From: Lama glama | Taxonomy: Eukaryota | Assembly: GCA_028534125.1 (NCBI GenBank) | Contig: CM052816.1 | Location: 54,438,001 to 54,502,000 of the forward strand | DNA: 64,000 nucleotides | Direction of reading: 5' to 3' | In this document: positions 13,190 to 26,779 of the stretch, in pieces | Numbering within the stretch: the stretch's first letter is position 1 | Layout of the letters: each line of letters begins with the position of its first letter | Program-made: the position numbers and the translations under genes | The notes under the pieces: generated by a model | The model's database searches: none | What the model was told of the DNA's origin: nothing | The model's input: only the letters and a program-made list of their open reading frames with translations

Positions 13190-15335
13190 GAAGAGGCATC
13201 AGTGTAGGGCCATTCTCTGCAGCAACACTTATAACAGCAAAAAATAATGATAGTAATCACCAAACTATCAATATAGGACTGGATGAATAAGCTATAGTAC
13301 AGCCATATGGTGGAATATTATGCAGCCATAAAAAGGAATGAGGACCATCTTTATGAATTATGATGGAGTGAGCTCTAGGATATATTGTTAAGGGAAGAAA
13401 GCAAAACGCAGAAAAGTGAGTTAGTATGCTACCATATATCTAAGAAGTGGAGGATATAAACATACGGTTGTGTATAATTAAAACAACAGTATAAAAACTA
13501 TAAACATTTAAAATATAGTTACCTATTTGATGGAGGGCACAGAATGTAGACTATAGGGATAAAATCTAAACTTCTCTGACTATATCATATTGTAAGGATT
13601 TTACTTTGTAATGTGTAAATGAATTACATTATTGTAACAAAATTCAATTTAAAAAAGACCAAATCAAAAGTAAAATGAAACAAATGAATGTAACTGTATT
13701 GAATTAATCACCAGTTCACTGCCAGTAGGATTGCTACATAAAAAGAAAATGGTTCAAATGACTTAAAAACACAGTAATTTGCCTGTTCATCCCTAGCAGG
13801 ATGTACTGAAATGTAAAAATACTGGGGAAAAAATACTAAACTACTTCAGTGATGATTCTGAGATGGTGTATGTGTGTGTTGTGGGAGAGAACAAGTGAGG
13901 AATTATCTTGGTGTTGTTAAGAACCAACATTCATGCCACAGGAAGAGGGAAAAAGAAATGTTAAGAGTAATGAGGGTAAAGACATGGTCCTACATTCGAA
14001 CTGGAAGTATAAGTATAAACTCATGGTGCATTTTACCTTTAAAAGTATTTATTTTCTGGCTATGTCGACTTAAAAAGCCAGGAGGCAATGATCAGTCCAT
14101 TAGCAATGATCACTGCACAGTCCAGATCATGTCTCTAAGTACTACCTTTCAGGAGAAAAGGATTAGGTTCCTGAGAGAAATGACTGATTCTTTATCAGGG
14201 ATTGAACACAGTGAACCTGGAACACCCCGTCATACCACGAGGCAAGAAACCTACCAAAGATAACCAGGAGCCAATGTGGCTGCTTCCAGTGACCAAAGAT
14301 AGAACAATTGAGCATCAGTAAGAACAATAACTGCCTTAGACTGGGACACAGCTGACATTTATAAACTGGTAAGTGGAGAACAACACTAAAAATATCACTG
14401 GTTATCTCTGGACAATGCTAGGGAATCAAACCACTATTTTGAAAACGTGAAGGAAAAGAGAGGTATCAAGCATTTACCCTACCTTTCCCATATGAACTGT
14501 ACCTCAACTCATAATCAAAGAGTCGGTGAGGGGGAGCTTCCTCTTTACAGAAGCATTCCAGAAGTGCTGTGGGAAGAACTAATCACAGACTTCAGCAAAC
14601 CTTAATGTATTCATGGATCTGGGCAACGGTCATCGAACATCGCAAAAACAGAGAGAAGCAGACATTACATGCCTCCTGGTGGAGGTACACAACACTACCT
14701 GTGACGGAGCCCGAATAAGTAAGCCTGAATCCAACCAACACATATACTAATCTCACTACCAATATACTGGGAATACAGGGCCAGAAGAATGTGGTGCATG
14801 GTGCCACAGGAATGGAATCAGCAAAATCCAGACTGTGGGGAAATTCTGCTGGACAAATGACCCAATTTCTTCAACAATCAAATTTTAAGGGGAGAAAAAA
14901 AAAAAAGAGAAAGGGAGACCTACAGATTGAGATACTTAAGAAACATATCAACCAACTGCAATTGGTGGGTCTTATTTCAAACATGATTCAAGCAAGATTA
15001 TTTTAAACAAAGACATTTATGAGATCATCAGGGAAATTTGAGCATTATCTTGGTGTTTGATAATATTAAGCAATTATTTTAATTTTTAGATATGCTAGTA
15101 GTTTTTTTTAAATAGTCCTCATCTCTTAGAGTTACAGGCTGAAGTAGTTAAAGCTGAAATAATATGATGTTTTAGATGTGCTTTAAAATAATCCCAGAGT
15201 AGGGGGGAGAGTGGGTGGTATATATAAAAGAATAGCCTTAATTTTGTAACTGTTGAAGCTGGCTAATGTTTGCATAAAGTTTCGTTATACTATTCTATTT
15301 TTGTATACATTTGAACTTTTCCATAATAAAAAACA
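13190..15335 (+). mobile_element. Ancient L1 (L1MC/L1ME-type) 3' region
   Basis: Contains ggaatattatgcagccataaaaaggaatgagg and tcagcaaaatccagactgtgggg...ggacaaatgacccaatttcttcaacaa, and ends ttgaactttttccataataaaaa. It may be several adjacent fragments. Confidence 0.65.
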
Positions 15336-15569
15336 CTAAATGATGAGCCTTCCAAAGTTGGCTTGTGTCTTATTAGCACTTCTTGAGAGTTATGTTCTAA
15401 GCTAACAGCGGTGTGTGTGTAACATCATTCTCAAAGACCTCCATGAGGCAGTTACTTTTACTATCTTCCTTAGAGGAAGAAAGTGAAAGTTAGAGAAGAT
15501 TTGTCACAGAAAAAGGTAAGTGGCACACATGAGATTATAAGCTAGCTCTCTCTGACCAGAGACCCCAAG

Positions 15570-16030
15570 TGTCCAGTGGGAAAAACGGAAACTACTCTAC
15601 ATAAGTGAAGTAGAGAGAGACAGTGTAGAGAACTGTTTACAAGGTGTTGGGGGAGGTACAGAAAGGCAAAAAGAAGATGGAGATGAACTGGAGAAACAGA
15701 AGGTGAAAGGGTAATATCCAGAGACCAGAAACTGTCAGCACCCTGGGCAGGTACCCACAAGCCCCCCACTCATACTCATCAGTGACGTGGGCGCCATCAC
15801 TGTGAAAGCTGTACCACTGCCACTTAGCAGGAGCCACTGCTACTGTCCCTTCCTTTCTCCTACATCCCAGTTTCCTACCAAGACCTCCTACCTGCACGAT
15901 CTAAGAGCAGACCATCTGGCAAAGGAGCCTGGAAGATGCAGTTTGCAGGCTCTAGCCCCACGTAATACAAAAGAGAATGTGGAAAAGCAGGAATGGAGCT
16001 GAGAACCAAGAGACAAATAACCAACACAAA
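15570..16030 (-). mobile_element. Ancient ERVL LTR (LTR33-like)
   Basis: ctggcaaaggagcctggaagatgcagtttgcaggctctagcccc...ggaatggagctgagaaccaagagacaaataaccaacaca; family name from memory. Confidence 0.5.
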
Positions 16031-16099
16031 ACTACTATGCTGTACTTCTTGTTGAGTTACAATGTCAAGTTGTAATTACTTGATTTAGAACTCATGAAT

Positions 16100-16304
16100 C
16101 GGTGAAGGGGATTAAGAGGTACAAATTTCCAGTTATAAAAAAACAAGTCATGGGGATATAATGTACAGCACAGGAAATGAAGTTGATAATCCTGTAATAA
16201 ATTTGTATGGTGACAGATGGTTATGAGACTTACTGTGGTAATCAATTCGTAAGGTATATAAATATTGAATCACTATATTGTGCACCTAAAACTAACTCAA
16301 TATT
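16100..16304 (+). mobile_element. L1MA-type 3' UTR fragment
   Basis: ggtgaaggggattaagaggtacaaatttccagttataaaa...gtcatggggatataatgtacagca...gaatcactatattgtgcacctaaaactaa. Confidence 0.8.
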
Positions 16305-16305
16305 A

Positions 16306-16460
16306 GGGGGGAGGGATAAAGTTCAGTGGTACAACACATGCTTAGCATGCACAAGGCCCTGGGTTCAATCCCCTGTACCTACATTTAATCATAAATAAAT
16401 AAACAAATAAACCTAATTATCTCCCCCCAAAACAAACAAATAAGAAACAAACAAAAAGTT
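16306..16460 (+). mobile_element. Camelid-type tRNA-derived SINE (vic-1-like)
   Basis: ggggggagggataaagttcagtggtacaacacatgcttagcatgcacaaggccctgggttcaatcccctgtacct (A- and B-box-like), followed by an aaataaacctaattatctcccccc tail. Confidence 0.85.
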
Positions 16461-16850
16461 AAAAACAAACATTGTGTATTTCCTGCTGTGAGAACACAAT
16501 ATCATTGAAAATGTATTCTCCTCCACTTCCACCCCCTAAAATTGAGCATAACTGGATCAAACCTCTGAATCTAATGGCAAGTTTCTAGCAAACACAGAAG
16601 GAAGGGAAATATGTCATAAGCATGCCAGAAATGCAAAAAGCAAAATGCAGAATCTGGGAACATCGACAGGACAAACAACCCAAGGTCCTCAACAAGGCAG
16701 CTGCAAGTGGGAAAAGAGAGGGACAGGGAACCTCAAGATTAAGAGAGACTTAAAAGACAAAGCAACCAATCACAATGAGTGGGTCTTATCTGGATACCAA
16801 CACACTGTAAAAAATAAGACAATTAGAAAAATGTGATTGATACTAAGTAG

Positions 16851-17205
16851 TTACTATAGACTGGATGTTCACATCCCCTACCCTCCATTCATATGTTGAA
16901 TGTGATGATACTAGGAAGTAGGACCTTTGGGAAGTGGTTAGGTCATGAGGGTCATTAAAAATAGTATTAGTGTTCTTATAAAAGAGATCCAGAGAGCTCA
17001 CTCACCCCTTCCTGCGCGTGAGGACACAATGACACGATGGCCGGCTGTGAAACAGGAAGCAGTTCCTCGCCATATACCGAATCTGCTGGCCCCTTGATCT
17101 TGGACTTCCCAGCCTCCAGAACTGTGAACTGCGAGAAGTAAATTTCTGTTGTTCACAAGCCACCCCATCTGTGCTATTTTTGTTCTAGCAGCCAGAACTA
17201 AGACA
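16851..17205 (+). mobile_element. MaLR (MLT1A-like) solo LTR
   Basis: ttgatcttggacttcccagcctccagaactgtga...aaatttctgttgttcacaagccaccc...gcagccagaactaagaca. Confidence 0.85.
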
Positions 17206-19829
17206 GTAGTCACTAAATTTCTGGTGTAAAATGGTTTTGTGATTTTTAAACAAGAATTCTTAGAGTTAAAAGATAGAGATGGAAAGATGTGTAGATGAAA
17301 CAGGAAATAAGCGTCTAAAAGAAACGAGACACTTCAGTGCCTTTGGAGGTGAAGTAGCACAATGAAAAGAAGACGGGGTTGTGGCAGCAGCTCTGCGTCC
17401 CTGGCTGTGGGAGCTCCCTGCACCCCAGCTGTCCCCCTACCAATGTGGGGCAAAAGTGCCACCTGAGCCCCTCACCTCCTCAGAACGCCAACCATCGCGG
17501 AGGATAACGACTCCCTGAGGGGACTGTCCGGCCCCTCCTCATCTGCTTCATCACCTTCTAATTAAACCCGCTTCTCCCAAAGGACACACGTACAACCTAA
17601 ACGCTGGTTCTAATTCAATTTTATGTTTCTCTCACAACACTGTAAATATATTCCAAACACATAATGGGCTAACTCCTTTTTCTGGGCTAACCTAGAAACC
17701 TAAATGCCACATATAACATTGCTTCCAAATGAAAATTCTTTCCCAACACCAACTAGATGCTTAACCAAGTAGTTTTGTCATATGATCTACACATAAAAGT
17801 GACAGCTGCCTTTTACATTAATTCAAAGCATCTCCTGATTCTTTTTTCAGATTCAAAGTTCTCACCCTGGACACACAGAACTGGTTTTAGCCTTTGGCTC
17901 CACCTCCTTCTCCCCTCTTGGAAATAGCAAACAAACAAAGGGGAGGGGACAATGTGCCTGAAGCACTCCTCCCTGTCACTGTCCCCGGGGCAGGGTGGGG
18001 TGAGAACAGCGGTCCCTTCCCCTCACCAGCTCCTCCTAAAGGGATGAAGATGAAGGCCCTGTGATCAGCCAGTCCTGAAGTCTCACCGTCCTCGTGGGCC
18101 TGATCACTGCAGGGAAAGGTGCCGGGCTTTGACCCTGGTGGAAGCTCACCTGGGTTCCACATGTGGCTGAGCAGATGGGCAAAGAGGCCAACCACATGGA
18201 CAAGAGGGCCTGCAGCTGTCCTGTGTGTAAGGAGTCCCAGAACTGGCTTTGCAGACCCAGCCTTGCAGACTGGGAGGAAGAGGGTAGAAAGCCTCGTGCA
18301 AGGCTGTCTGCCTAAGGCTCCAGCCCAGAGCAAGCCACCACTTCCCAGGGCAGACATAACACAGAGAACCTGTGTTTGCCCAGCCTCTGACAAAGCTGAG
18401 CCTCTGTTCTGTCCTGACTATATGTGGCCATCTTGTTTTGGTATCACTCTCTGGAGGGAGCTCTGGAAAGGAGATATTGCAGCCAGAGTTTGCATTAGAT
18501 TGCAGGGAAAAGAGAAACTTTTAGCTCCAGCTGCTGCTCAGTTCAAAACACCACTGAGGCTTCTGAAGCATCAACCAGCGGAATGCCTTTTGCTTTCCTC
18601 CCAGTCAGCCAGCTTCTCGGCCAAGACTGTTGATCAGTTTCTTAAGCTGAAAATGAGGATGTCTCATATGACCTAGAGACCACTTGTGGGTGAGGTCTGG
18701 GCCGTCGGGTCACGACCGGTCTTCATAAAACGGTCTCCATGTGGCCACTGCTTGTGAAGCTCCCTCAGCAGGAACTCTGAAGTGGACAAAAGCCCCAGCT
18801 ACCCTGAAGTCATCACCTTCCAGGCCCAGAGCTTTAATGTTATTTGTGGTTCTGACGTCAGCAAATGGTGCTTTTCTTTTTATCTGTGTTAACCTGTGTG
18901 ATGGGTTATTAAAAAGTCTTCCTGTAAAAATTTCCAAAATGCAGGGTCTTCCCTCTGTTGTGTGACTCACACAGGGAACTAGATCCCTGCAGCTAATCAT
19001 TATACCATCCTCTCTAGGAGAAAATGGGCCTTAGATTCACCGTGCATCATTTTCTCCAACAACATACTACCTGAAATGCCCCAGCATAAAAACCAACAGA
19101 GCTTATGCAAAATGGTTTTAAGCCCAATTATAGACCAAGGCTTCAGGTTACAGGTTTACACCGAAGGAGAATTCCACATGGAACCACCCAAAGATGACAC
19201 CAAGGCCCTCAGCTTTAGAGGCAGCAGCCTTATGCAGGTCTGACAGTCATGGAACCCAAATGCTGGCTTGGGCCTTCGCCTGGAAAGATTCTACTGTGTC
19301 ATCTCCTTTGCAAAGCCCATTGATGCAGACCAAACCCAGCAGTTCCCAAAGCTTCAGGCTAACACATCTATATATAAATCCAGTTAGTCACCTACAATGG
19401 CCAAATCAATCTACTGGAAAGTGGGATACATCTTCCAATAAAGAACAAATTACGTGTTTCAAAAATATCGAAATCTAAATAACCAAAATCTCATTTTAAT
19501 TACTAAAACAGAAAACACAGCAGCCACAAGATTATTAGCAGCTAGTATTTGTACAACACTTAGTAAGTGCCAAACACTGTGTTCTGCTGAACAAGATGGC
19601 AACTTGTTCAGCCAAAGCATCTCCAGTTTTGTATGTATTTTACATTCTCCACTCATCTCAAAACAACAGTCCAGTTTAAGCTAATGGAAGGGGTGACAGT
19701 GGATCTGTAATAGGAAAAACCTCAACCACAAGGCCCCCTGATGGCTCCTCACCCCCACACATGTTCATCACCTTTCTGCTCTATAGTCCAGTACCAGCCA
19801 CGCTTGGGCCTTCAGGCCTGTTGTGAGAG

Positions 19830-20020
19830 GCAGTAAAGCTCAGTGGTGAAGAACTCTGGAGTTGGATTCAGACATTCCTGTATTCACATTAAAGCCCTCG
19901 CTTTGTGCAATGTATCATTCCTCTTGCAGCCTTGTTTTCCTCATTTGTAAAATGGGAATGATACTTTGTAGCTCAGAGTATTTTTATGTAGATGGGATAA
20001 AAGGACACAAAGTGCTCCAC
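19830..20020 (+). mobile_element. MIR SINE
   Basis: cagtggtgaagaactctggagttgg...ttttcctcatttgtaaaatgggaatgata. Confidence 0.65.
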
Positions 20021-20794
20021 AAATAGCAAGACAAATAACAGCTAATGCTACTAAGATCTGTTCTACAGACCTTGCTGCGAAATGCACAAGCCATACAAGA
20101 AAATCTGAATCGCCTTGGAAACAAGAGACAACCATGACATATTTTCTGTCACTGATGGATTACCCAAAAGTAAAACTGTCTCCTGATTTTTATTAAACCA
20201 ATCACAAGCTTCTAAACTATTTTTTCTGTGAACTGTCCCTGAGGAGGTAGGAAGCAGGAGCTGAAAAAAGTTATGGTAATAAAGAAAGCATCAAAATTCT
20301 AAATAACAGCTGCTTGTATCTGCCAAGGGGATAAGAGAAAAAATGGGAAGAAGCTATCAGCAACCACATCTAGACTAATCTATGCGGCAACTTATTAAAA
20401 AGTGGTGTTTTCCATTAAAACATAATAACTATCCAGGCTTCCACTGTAAGATAATGGTCACACCTGTGTGTGTGTGTGTTTTTTTTTAAATGAACTCCTG
20501 AACTCATCTGAATATCTTAAAATGTTTTAAATATGCATATTCTTGAGTAAAAAACATCAGCTTGTAAACACATAGTAAAACTCATTTATTAACATTTTGA
20601 GGCTGTGGAGAGGAGATGAAGAGAGTAAGAAAGTACAAACAGCAAAAATATAATAAATTGGCTAAGCTGGGTTCCTACTTAGGGAACTTCTTACTTAGAA
20701 GGAGTGCTTTCAGCCCCCACACAACCTCTGGGCTTTGACATCGTGGGGAGAATGAGCAGTGAGCAAGGTATGGGGGAAATGATAGAAACACATC

Positions 20795-21130
20795 TGTTAC
20801 AGACTAATTCCTGTGTTGCAGCCCTAGCCCTGATGGTATTCTGAGGTGGGACCTTTGGGAGGTAATTAGGTTTACATGAGGTTGTGAGGGTGGGGCCCCC
20901 ATGATGGGATTAGTGTCCTTCAAAGAGGAATAAGAGAGACCAGAGTTCTCCCGCTCTCTGCCATGTGAGGACACAACAGGGAGACAGCTGTCTGGAAGCC
21001 AGGAAGAGAGCTCTCACAAAACACCTTGATCCTGGATCTTCCCAGCCTCCAGGACAGTGAGAAAGAAATGTCTGTGGTTTAAGCCATCCTGTTTATGGTA
21101 TTGTGTTATAGCAGCCCAAGCTGACTAGGA
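20795..21130 (+). mobile_element. MaLR (MLT1A-like) solo LTR
   Basis: gaggtgggacctttgggaggtaattaggtttacatgaggtt...cccatgatgggattagtgtcc...gccatgtgaggacacaac...gttatagcagcccaagctgact. Confidence 0.85.
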
Positions 21131-23073
21131 AAATGTCTGAGCAGAGTCAGGGTGGAGAGTGAACTGAGAAGGAGAGATGTTTACAGCCAACAACTTAGAG
21201 GTCTCCCAACAAGATAAATGGACATACTTTAATATCGTTAATCATTAAACAGGAAACATAAACAATAAATTAAGTGGCCATTTAAAAAATGCCATTATTT
21301 CAGACAATTATCAGAACTGTCCATCTCCATTTGAGCTTCCCAGAGTATCTCTAGTGATACTGACCATCCGTTAACAGTGGGTACAGACAGCCTCCTGGGG
21401 TGTGGTCAGGGTATTCTCCCCTGCTCTGGAAAACCTCTGTCAACAGGCTTCCTTGCCCTCTGGTTTCCAAATGTGTTTGACAAAGATGGTACCAATGAAA
21501 GGGAAGACAACAGCATGGAGGTCTTTACTACCTTGCCCACCCACCCCTGTCAGGCCACAGACCTCTAATCACTGCATTCTTCCTTAAGACCACAGCTTCT
21601 GAGGGCTTCCCTGTCCTACAGGTTTGGTTTCTTAGGTTCCCATGACCATACCTTCCTGTGGCCTCTTCTAGGCGATAACAGTGCCCTCTTTTTCTAGTCT
21701 TAGAATACTCCATCACCATTTGTGGATTTCCCTTCATCCTGCCAAAACATCTGAAATAGCCCCTTCATTAGATTATTTTCAATTAAACCTTTGTCAGTAT
21801 GCAACCTGTTTCCTGCCCAGACACCATCTGATCAGGTGCAAGGAAGGCCTGGTTGGTCTTGCCTCCCCTAGGTGCAGGGTTTACTTACAGCCCTCTGACT
21901 AGTCACCAGCATCTCCTACGGGCCCTGAGCTATCTGTACTCAGCAGAGAACCCCAAACAGAACAGAAAAGTAAACAGCTTCTGTTCCTCAACCAGAAGTC
22001 CCGATCTAGTTCCACAGCTGGTCACCTTTCTGAGCCCTTGATTTCTAGATTTTACTTGCCCATCTGACCCTGAAGTGATCACCTTTTCCTCCCCATCCCT
22101 GCTAGTTTCCTAGACTCTGGACTCTGTCTTCCCACCCGGTGCTACAGGGCTCACTCTCTCACTCCCTCCTACCCTGTTTCCTGGCCTTAGCCCATCATAA
22201 CCGGGTACCACAAGGATCTGCCCTGCCTCATCAGCATGTCCTGTCCTGCTGCAGCCCATGTCCTGCCTCACCTGTCCGCCAGGGTGAGGTTCAGGAGAAA
22301 AGCATTGTCCCTGAAAAGTTAGTAGCTTGCTCTGTTACTTTCTGATTTGAGAACTTACTTAACAAAGTCTAAAGGGTGAACACCTGATGGTTCTTAAAAA
22401 TCAGTGTAACTATTGAAGAAAGAAGTGAAAATTAGGGAAATGTGCTCACTGGCTATAATTCAAGTATTGGAAGAAAGGGGTGGAGGGACTAAATTTTGAT
22501 GAAATGAGCTATGGAGGAAAGCAAACTTGGGCTTTACTACATCAACCTGCAAGACTCCTTGGGCTTACTAAACTTTATGCTCTATTTTTTAAAACAAATT
22601 TTTTAATGGTGAAAAGGACTAGCAAGAAATTCAAGAGCCGAGAGATGAATGAGCCTGTATGATGTCACATCAGCTCCCATTTTAAGCTCTTCCCTTGCCC
22701 TGCAATATACCATCCTGCAGGACACAGCTCCAACAGGGCAGAGGAATGGGAGGGACTGTGGTGGCAAAGCAAGACATCAGGACCTGCAAATCCCAACAGA
22801 TCCTCAGGGGAAGTCGAACCTCAAGAAATGACAGTGGGCTATGTGGTCCAGCCCTCTCCCCACTTACAGACTTTTCAGCCAACCTTGGAGGCTCAGAGCC
22901 TGAATAGAAATGACAGGTGGCCCATGACAAAAGTAAACTAAGGTAAAGGCTGGGCTATGACTAGTACTCCAAATATCTGCAATGTGTTACAGTCCAATCT
23001 GCTGGAGACGGCCCCATCTAATTCATGTGGCCAACAGACAGTTTAATTCTCGTAAAAGCTGTGGTTCTCAGCA

Positions 23074-23209
23074 GGAGGGACGATATAGCTCAGTGTAGAG
23101 TGCGTGCTTAGCATGCACAAGGTCATGGGTTCAATTCCCAGTACCTCCTCTTAAAAAACAAATAAACAAACCTAATTACCCCGCCAAGAATAAATTTAAA
23201 AAAAAAAAA
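23074..23209 (+). mobile_element. Camelid-type tRNA-derived SINE (vic-1-like)
   Basis: atatagctcagtgtagagtgcgtgcttagcatgcacaaggtcatgggttcaattcccagtacctcc...aaacctaattacc...polyA. TSD-like flanks aaaagctgtggttctc / aaaagcgcagtggttctc. Confidence 0.88.
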
Positions 23210-23212
23210 GCG

Positions 23213-23417
23213 CAGTGGTTCTCGAAGTGTGGGCCCCAGATCAGCAAAACTAGTATCCCCCCCCCTCAACAGAAGCCTGTTGGAAATCCAAACTCTCAGG
23301 CCCCACAGGCCCCACCCAAGACTACTAAATCAGAAACTCTGGGAGTAGGACCCAACAATCTGTAGTTTAACAAGCCTTCCAGGTGATTCTGATGTACACT
23401 AAAGTTTAAGAATACTG
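23213..23417. mobile_element. MER5A hAT-Charlie DNA transposon
   Basis: cagtggttctcgaagtgtgg...aatcagaaactctggg...tttaacaagccttccaggtgattctgatgtacactaaagtttaagaatactg. Confidence 0.85.
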
Positions 23418-26400
23418 ACTTAGAGAGAAAAAATGGTATTTTTTTTCAAAATAGCTCTACCCTCCCCTAAATAAAATCTCATTAATTATTTACCATAAGG
23501 CCATAAAAATATCTATTTATTTTCCCTTTGTATACAGTCAATTTGGGATTATCCTCACTGATTCAGAAAGCCATGGAACAGACGATACAGATGTAATTAA
23601 TCACTGTCTTGGGCACACCTTTCTGCAATAGATTCTCTGTCCTTATGAGGCTTTGCTTACCAAACTTCATGGATATTCTCTGAATCCCTAGTATCTACAA
23701 CAGTGTCTAGAACAAATACTGGCTGGATGAATAAATGAGTCCAATGAATGGAGGAGAAAGGGGGAACTGGCAAAGCACAAAATCATTTGGAAACTAACCA
23801 CCTCCCCTGTCTGATCCGCAAAATAGTTAACCTACACAGAGATGGCTGCAAGTTGACTGAACTGTCAATAAAGACTCTTCTACAACTGGCTGTCTAGTTT
23901 CGAACACCTCCCCAGCCACCGCAGCTGGGATGAGAAAAGAAGGCCTGTCAGAATTCCTGGATCATCCCAGTGAGAGGTTCAACCATCTCCTCTCAGGATT
24001 TCTGAACAAGAATTACAAAACTGGCACAATACCAGGAGTAAGCATTCTGCAGGAGTCTCCTGTTGGAGAACTATTTTTAAAAAGGCAAACAAGAGGGAGA
24101 CAAATTGTTAGTAAGTTGCATTTTTACAGCAATTGGAAGACAAATCTAACTTCTTACCAGAAATGGAAACTCGTATGATATCATTGTACTGCACATGAAT
24201 TATTAATGTTTATCATTTTTTTTGTAAATTAGGTATTCAGGAAGGTTCCTGTCGACATCACGTTTGACATCATAATGCTTCATCATTCTAAAAGCCTAAT
24301 GAGATGAATTATTGCTAGAAAAGAGCGAAAGAGATCAAGCACACATTTCTGCACTCTCGGGAATAACAGAGACCAAGGAGATAATGAAGATATGGTTTAT
24401 AATTGATGTATAAAAAGGAAATTTAAAAAAAACCTATCACAACCCCACACCACTGTAAACAAGACCAAATGGCAAAGACTTTACTTTTCCACCTGACCAT
24501 TTTGAAAAAGGGAGTGGGGTGGGGGAGGTGGAGAATGACTAGCAACTATCTCAAACTCTTAAGGTGAAAGAATTCTTACTGAAAAAAAAAAAAAGAAAGT
24601 CATATTTTTATAAAATTATCTCATCCACAAGAGTATGAAACCTGAAAACTAAAAAAGATACTATAACACTGAGTTGCAAGCCCTAAAAGGATACTATTAA
24701 ATATATTAAAGCAATTCTGTGATAATAATTCTGGATGATTTGCATAAATAATAATGCTGGTCTCAAATTTAATTTCAAGTCTATAGTTTTGGAGTGCTAC
24801 ACATGCAAATTAGTGTCAAGTGAACCCAACCAGGAGTTATATTCCTAGCATTGCTAATGGGTTGGGATGAATTAGGCTCTTATTTGGAAATCCTGTTGAT
24901 AAAGTGAAGTAAGTTAAATTCCTATCCAGGTCAAGCTTTTTTAACATGCCAGCCAAGTAGCAATGACATTTATACAAGTTCAGACTAGCTGCTAATAATT
25001 GGGACTCATTTCCCTCCAGTTTTCACTCCATTTGGTCTCTAAGTAGCCTCCTGAGGGAAGTAGTAAAACATAGAGAATGAGTTCATTCAGTATTCCTTCT
25101 TTCTTTGAACAAACATGGAGTAGCTGGAGTTGCCAGGTACTAAATCGGGATTCGTGCTACTCTGAAAGGCAAAAATACACAATTTCTCTTAAGCAACCAA
25201 AATGAGTATCACAGAGTTCATAAGCTGTCACAATTCTGAACTACTGCTTCATGTCTTCAAATTTCCTTTTCAACCAGAAGGCAAAAGGATGGTCTTTAGT
25301 GATAGCATTCTAATTGAATTATTTCACTAAATATAACATTTTATTCCCCTGAAATTGCTCCTAATGGTAACTTTACATGAGCCAGTGTAGGGGAAAAAAC
25401 TTGACAAAAGAAAAATAAAGTATTCAGCACACACCTTTACAACAAACATTCAACTGGTAGGTTGTACTGTCATGAATCCAGGTCTCTAGTTTTCAGATAT
25501 TCTATTATTATACAGTTAACACTCAAAAGCTAGAAGAAAAGCATACACCTGGCACATAGTAGGTGCTCAATAAATGGTATTTTTCTTATAATGATGATTA
25601 TATTATCATATCATATGATTATTACCAGAGAAACTCCCTAACTGTAAATAAACATCAGTTAAGCTTCATATTACAAAGTCAGATGCTCTTAAACTAAGCT
25701 CACTAAAAGAATCTCTCGGTCTTCCAAACTGAGCACATGTCACCCTCCTCTTCACCCCTCCACTGAGAGCTGACTTTATCCAAGGAAGACCAGGAGCCTC
25801 CTCACACTAAGCCAACTGTTGAATAACTTTTCAAATATTAAACATAACAATTGTGCCTTTACCAAATAATCCAGGGAAGGGATCCTGGTACCTTACTGAG
25901 CATGTAAAAGCTGTGACTCTAACATTAACAGTCATAGAGATGTATTTCTTTTCCTCTGGACTGTGGGATGTGCTACTGTCTTTCTATTTGCTATAAGGAT
26001 AAAAGGCCCAGTGGCTAGATTTACACAAAGAAAAATCTCTTGAATTTAATAGTTTTGAGAACACACAGGAGAGCATCGTTAAAACAACCATTTTTCTTCT
26101 GGCATTAAGATACATGTAGTGATTGCTTTAATCACTTAATTTTTTTCTAGTTCTTCAAAATTCTACTCTCCTGAAAGATAAGATGTATGTGTAGAATGAA
26201 TCTTCATCTCCAGACAGCTGCACTGCACTGGAAGCCACTTCCCTCACTGTAGCTCAGCTGAACCTCCAAACTCACTGCCCGGTTCTCTCAATTCTGTCCA
26301 AGATGCAGCCAACCCAAAGAAGTAACAAACAACAGGTTCCACTCAGATCCTCAGCCTCCGTTCCCTTCCTCCATCTCTCCCCAAAACAGAAACTCTCTCA

Positions 26401-26779
26401 TTTATTCACAAATCCCCACACACGGTCCCTGTGGCTGAGACTCCTCGCAGCCTGGCTGGTTTCCCCAGGTAAAAATCTGAACACGAGGGCACTATAGTAT
26501 CCCTGCACCGGGTCTGCACCATTCACCTACCAGGCATGCAAATCCAGCCCGGAGCTCAGATTTCATTCAATGGGACTCGCCATCGAACGCTCTCCGTTAT
26601 ACGCACTCCTCCTCCTGAGTGCCCAGGCATTCCCCACTCGATGAGAAACGGACCAGCCCACCTGCTTCCCTTCTCGACCCTGTCTCCCAGAACCAGCTCC
26701 CACGAACCCTCCAGGGGTCTTTTCTGCTCGCATTTCCTGGGCCCTTGTCACCCTCCACAAATGAAAAGTAAACTCCTCT

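Noticed and set aside
17887..18676. 168- and 185-aa ORFs in intron 1
   Set aside because: Moderately GC-rich intronic DNA with no similarity to PDE8B exons or proteins I recognise.
23074..23150. tRNA-like sequences (also at 16306, 47515 and 49260)
   Set aside because: They have A/B-box-like motifs but diverged stems, AT-rich tails and mostly TSD-like flanks, so they are SINEs rather than tRNA genes.
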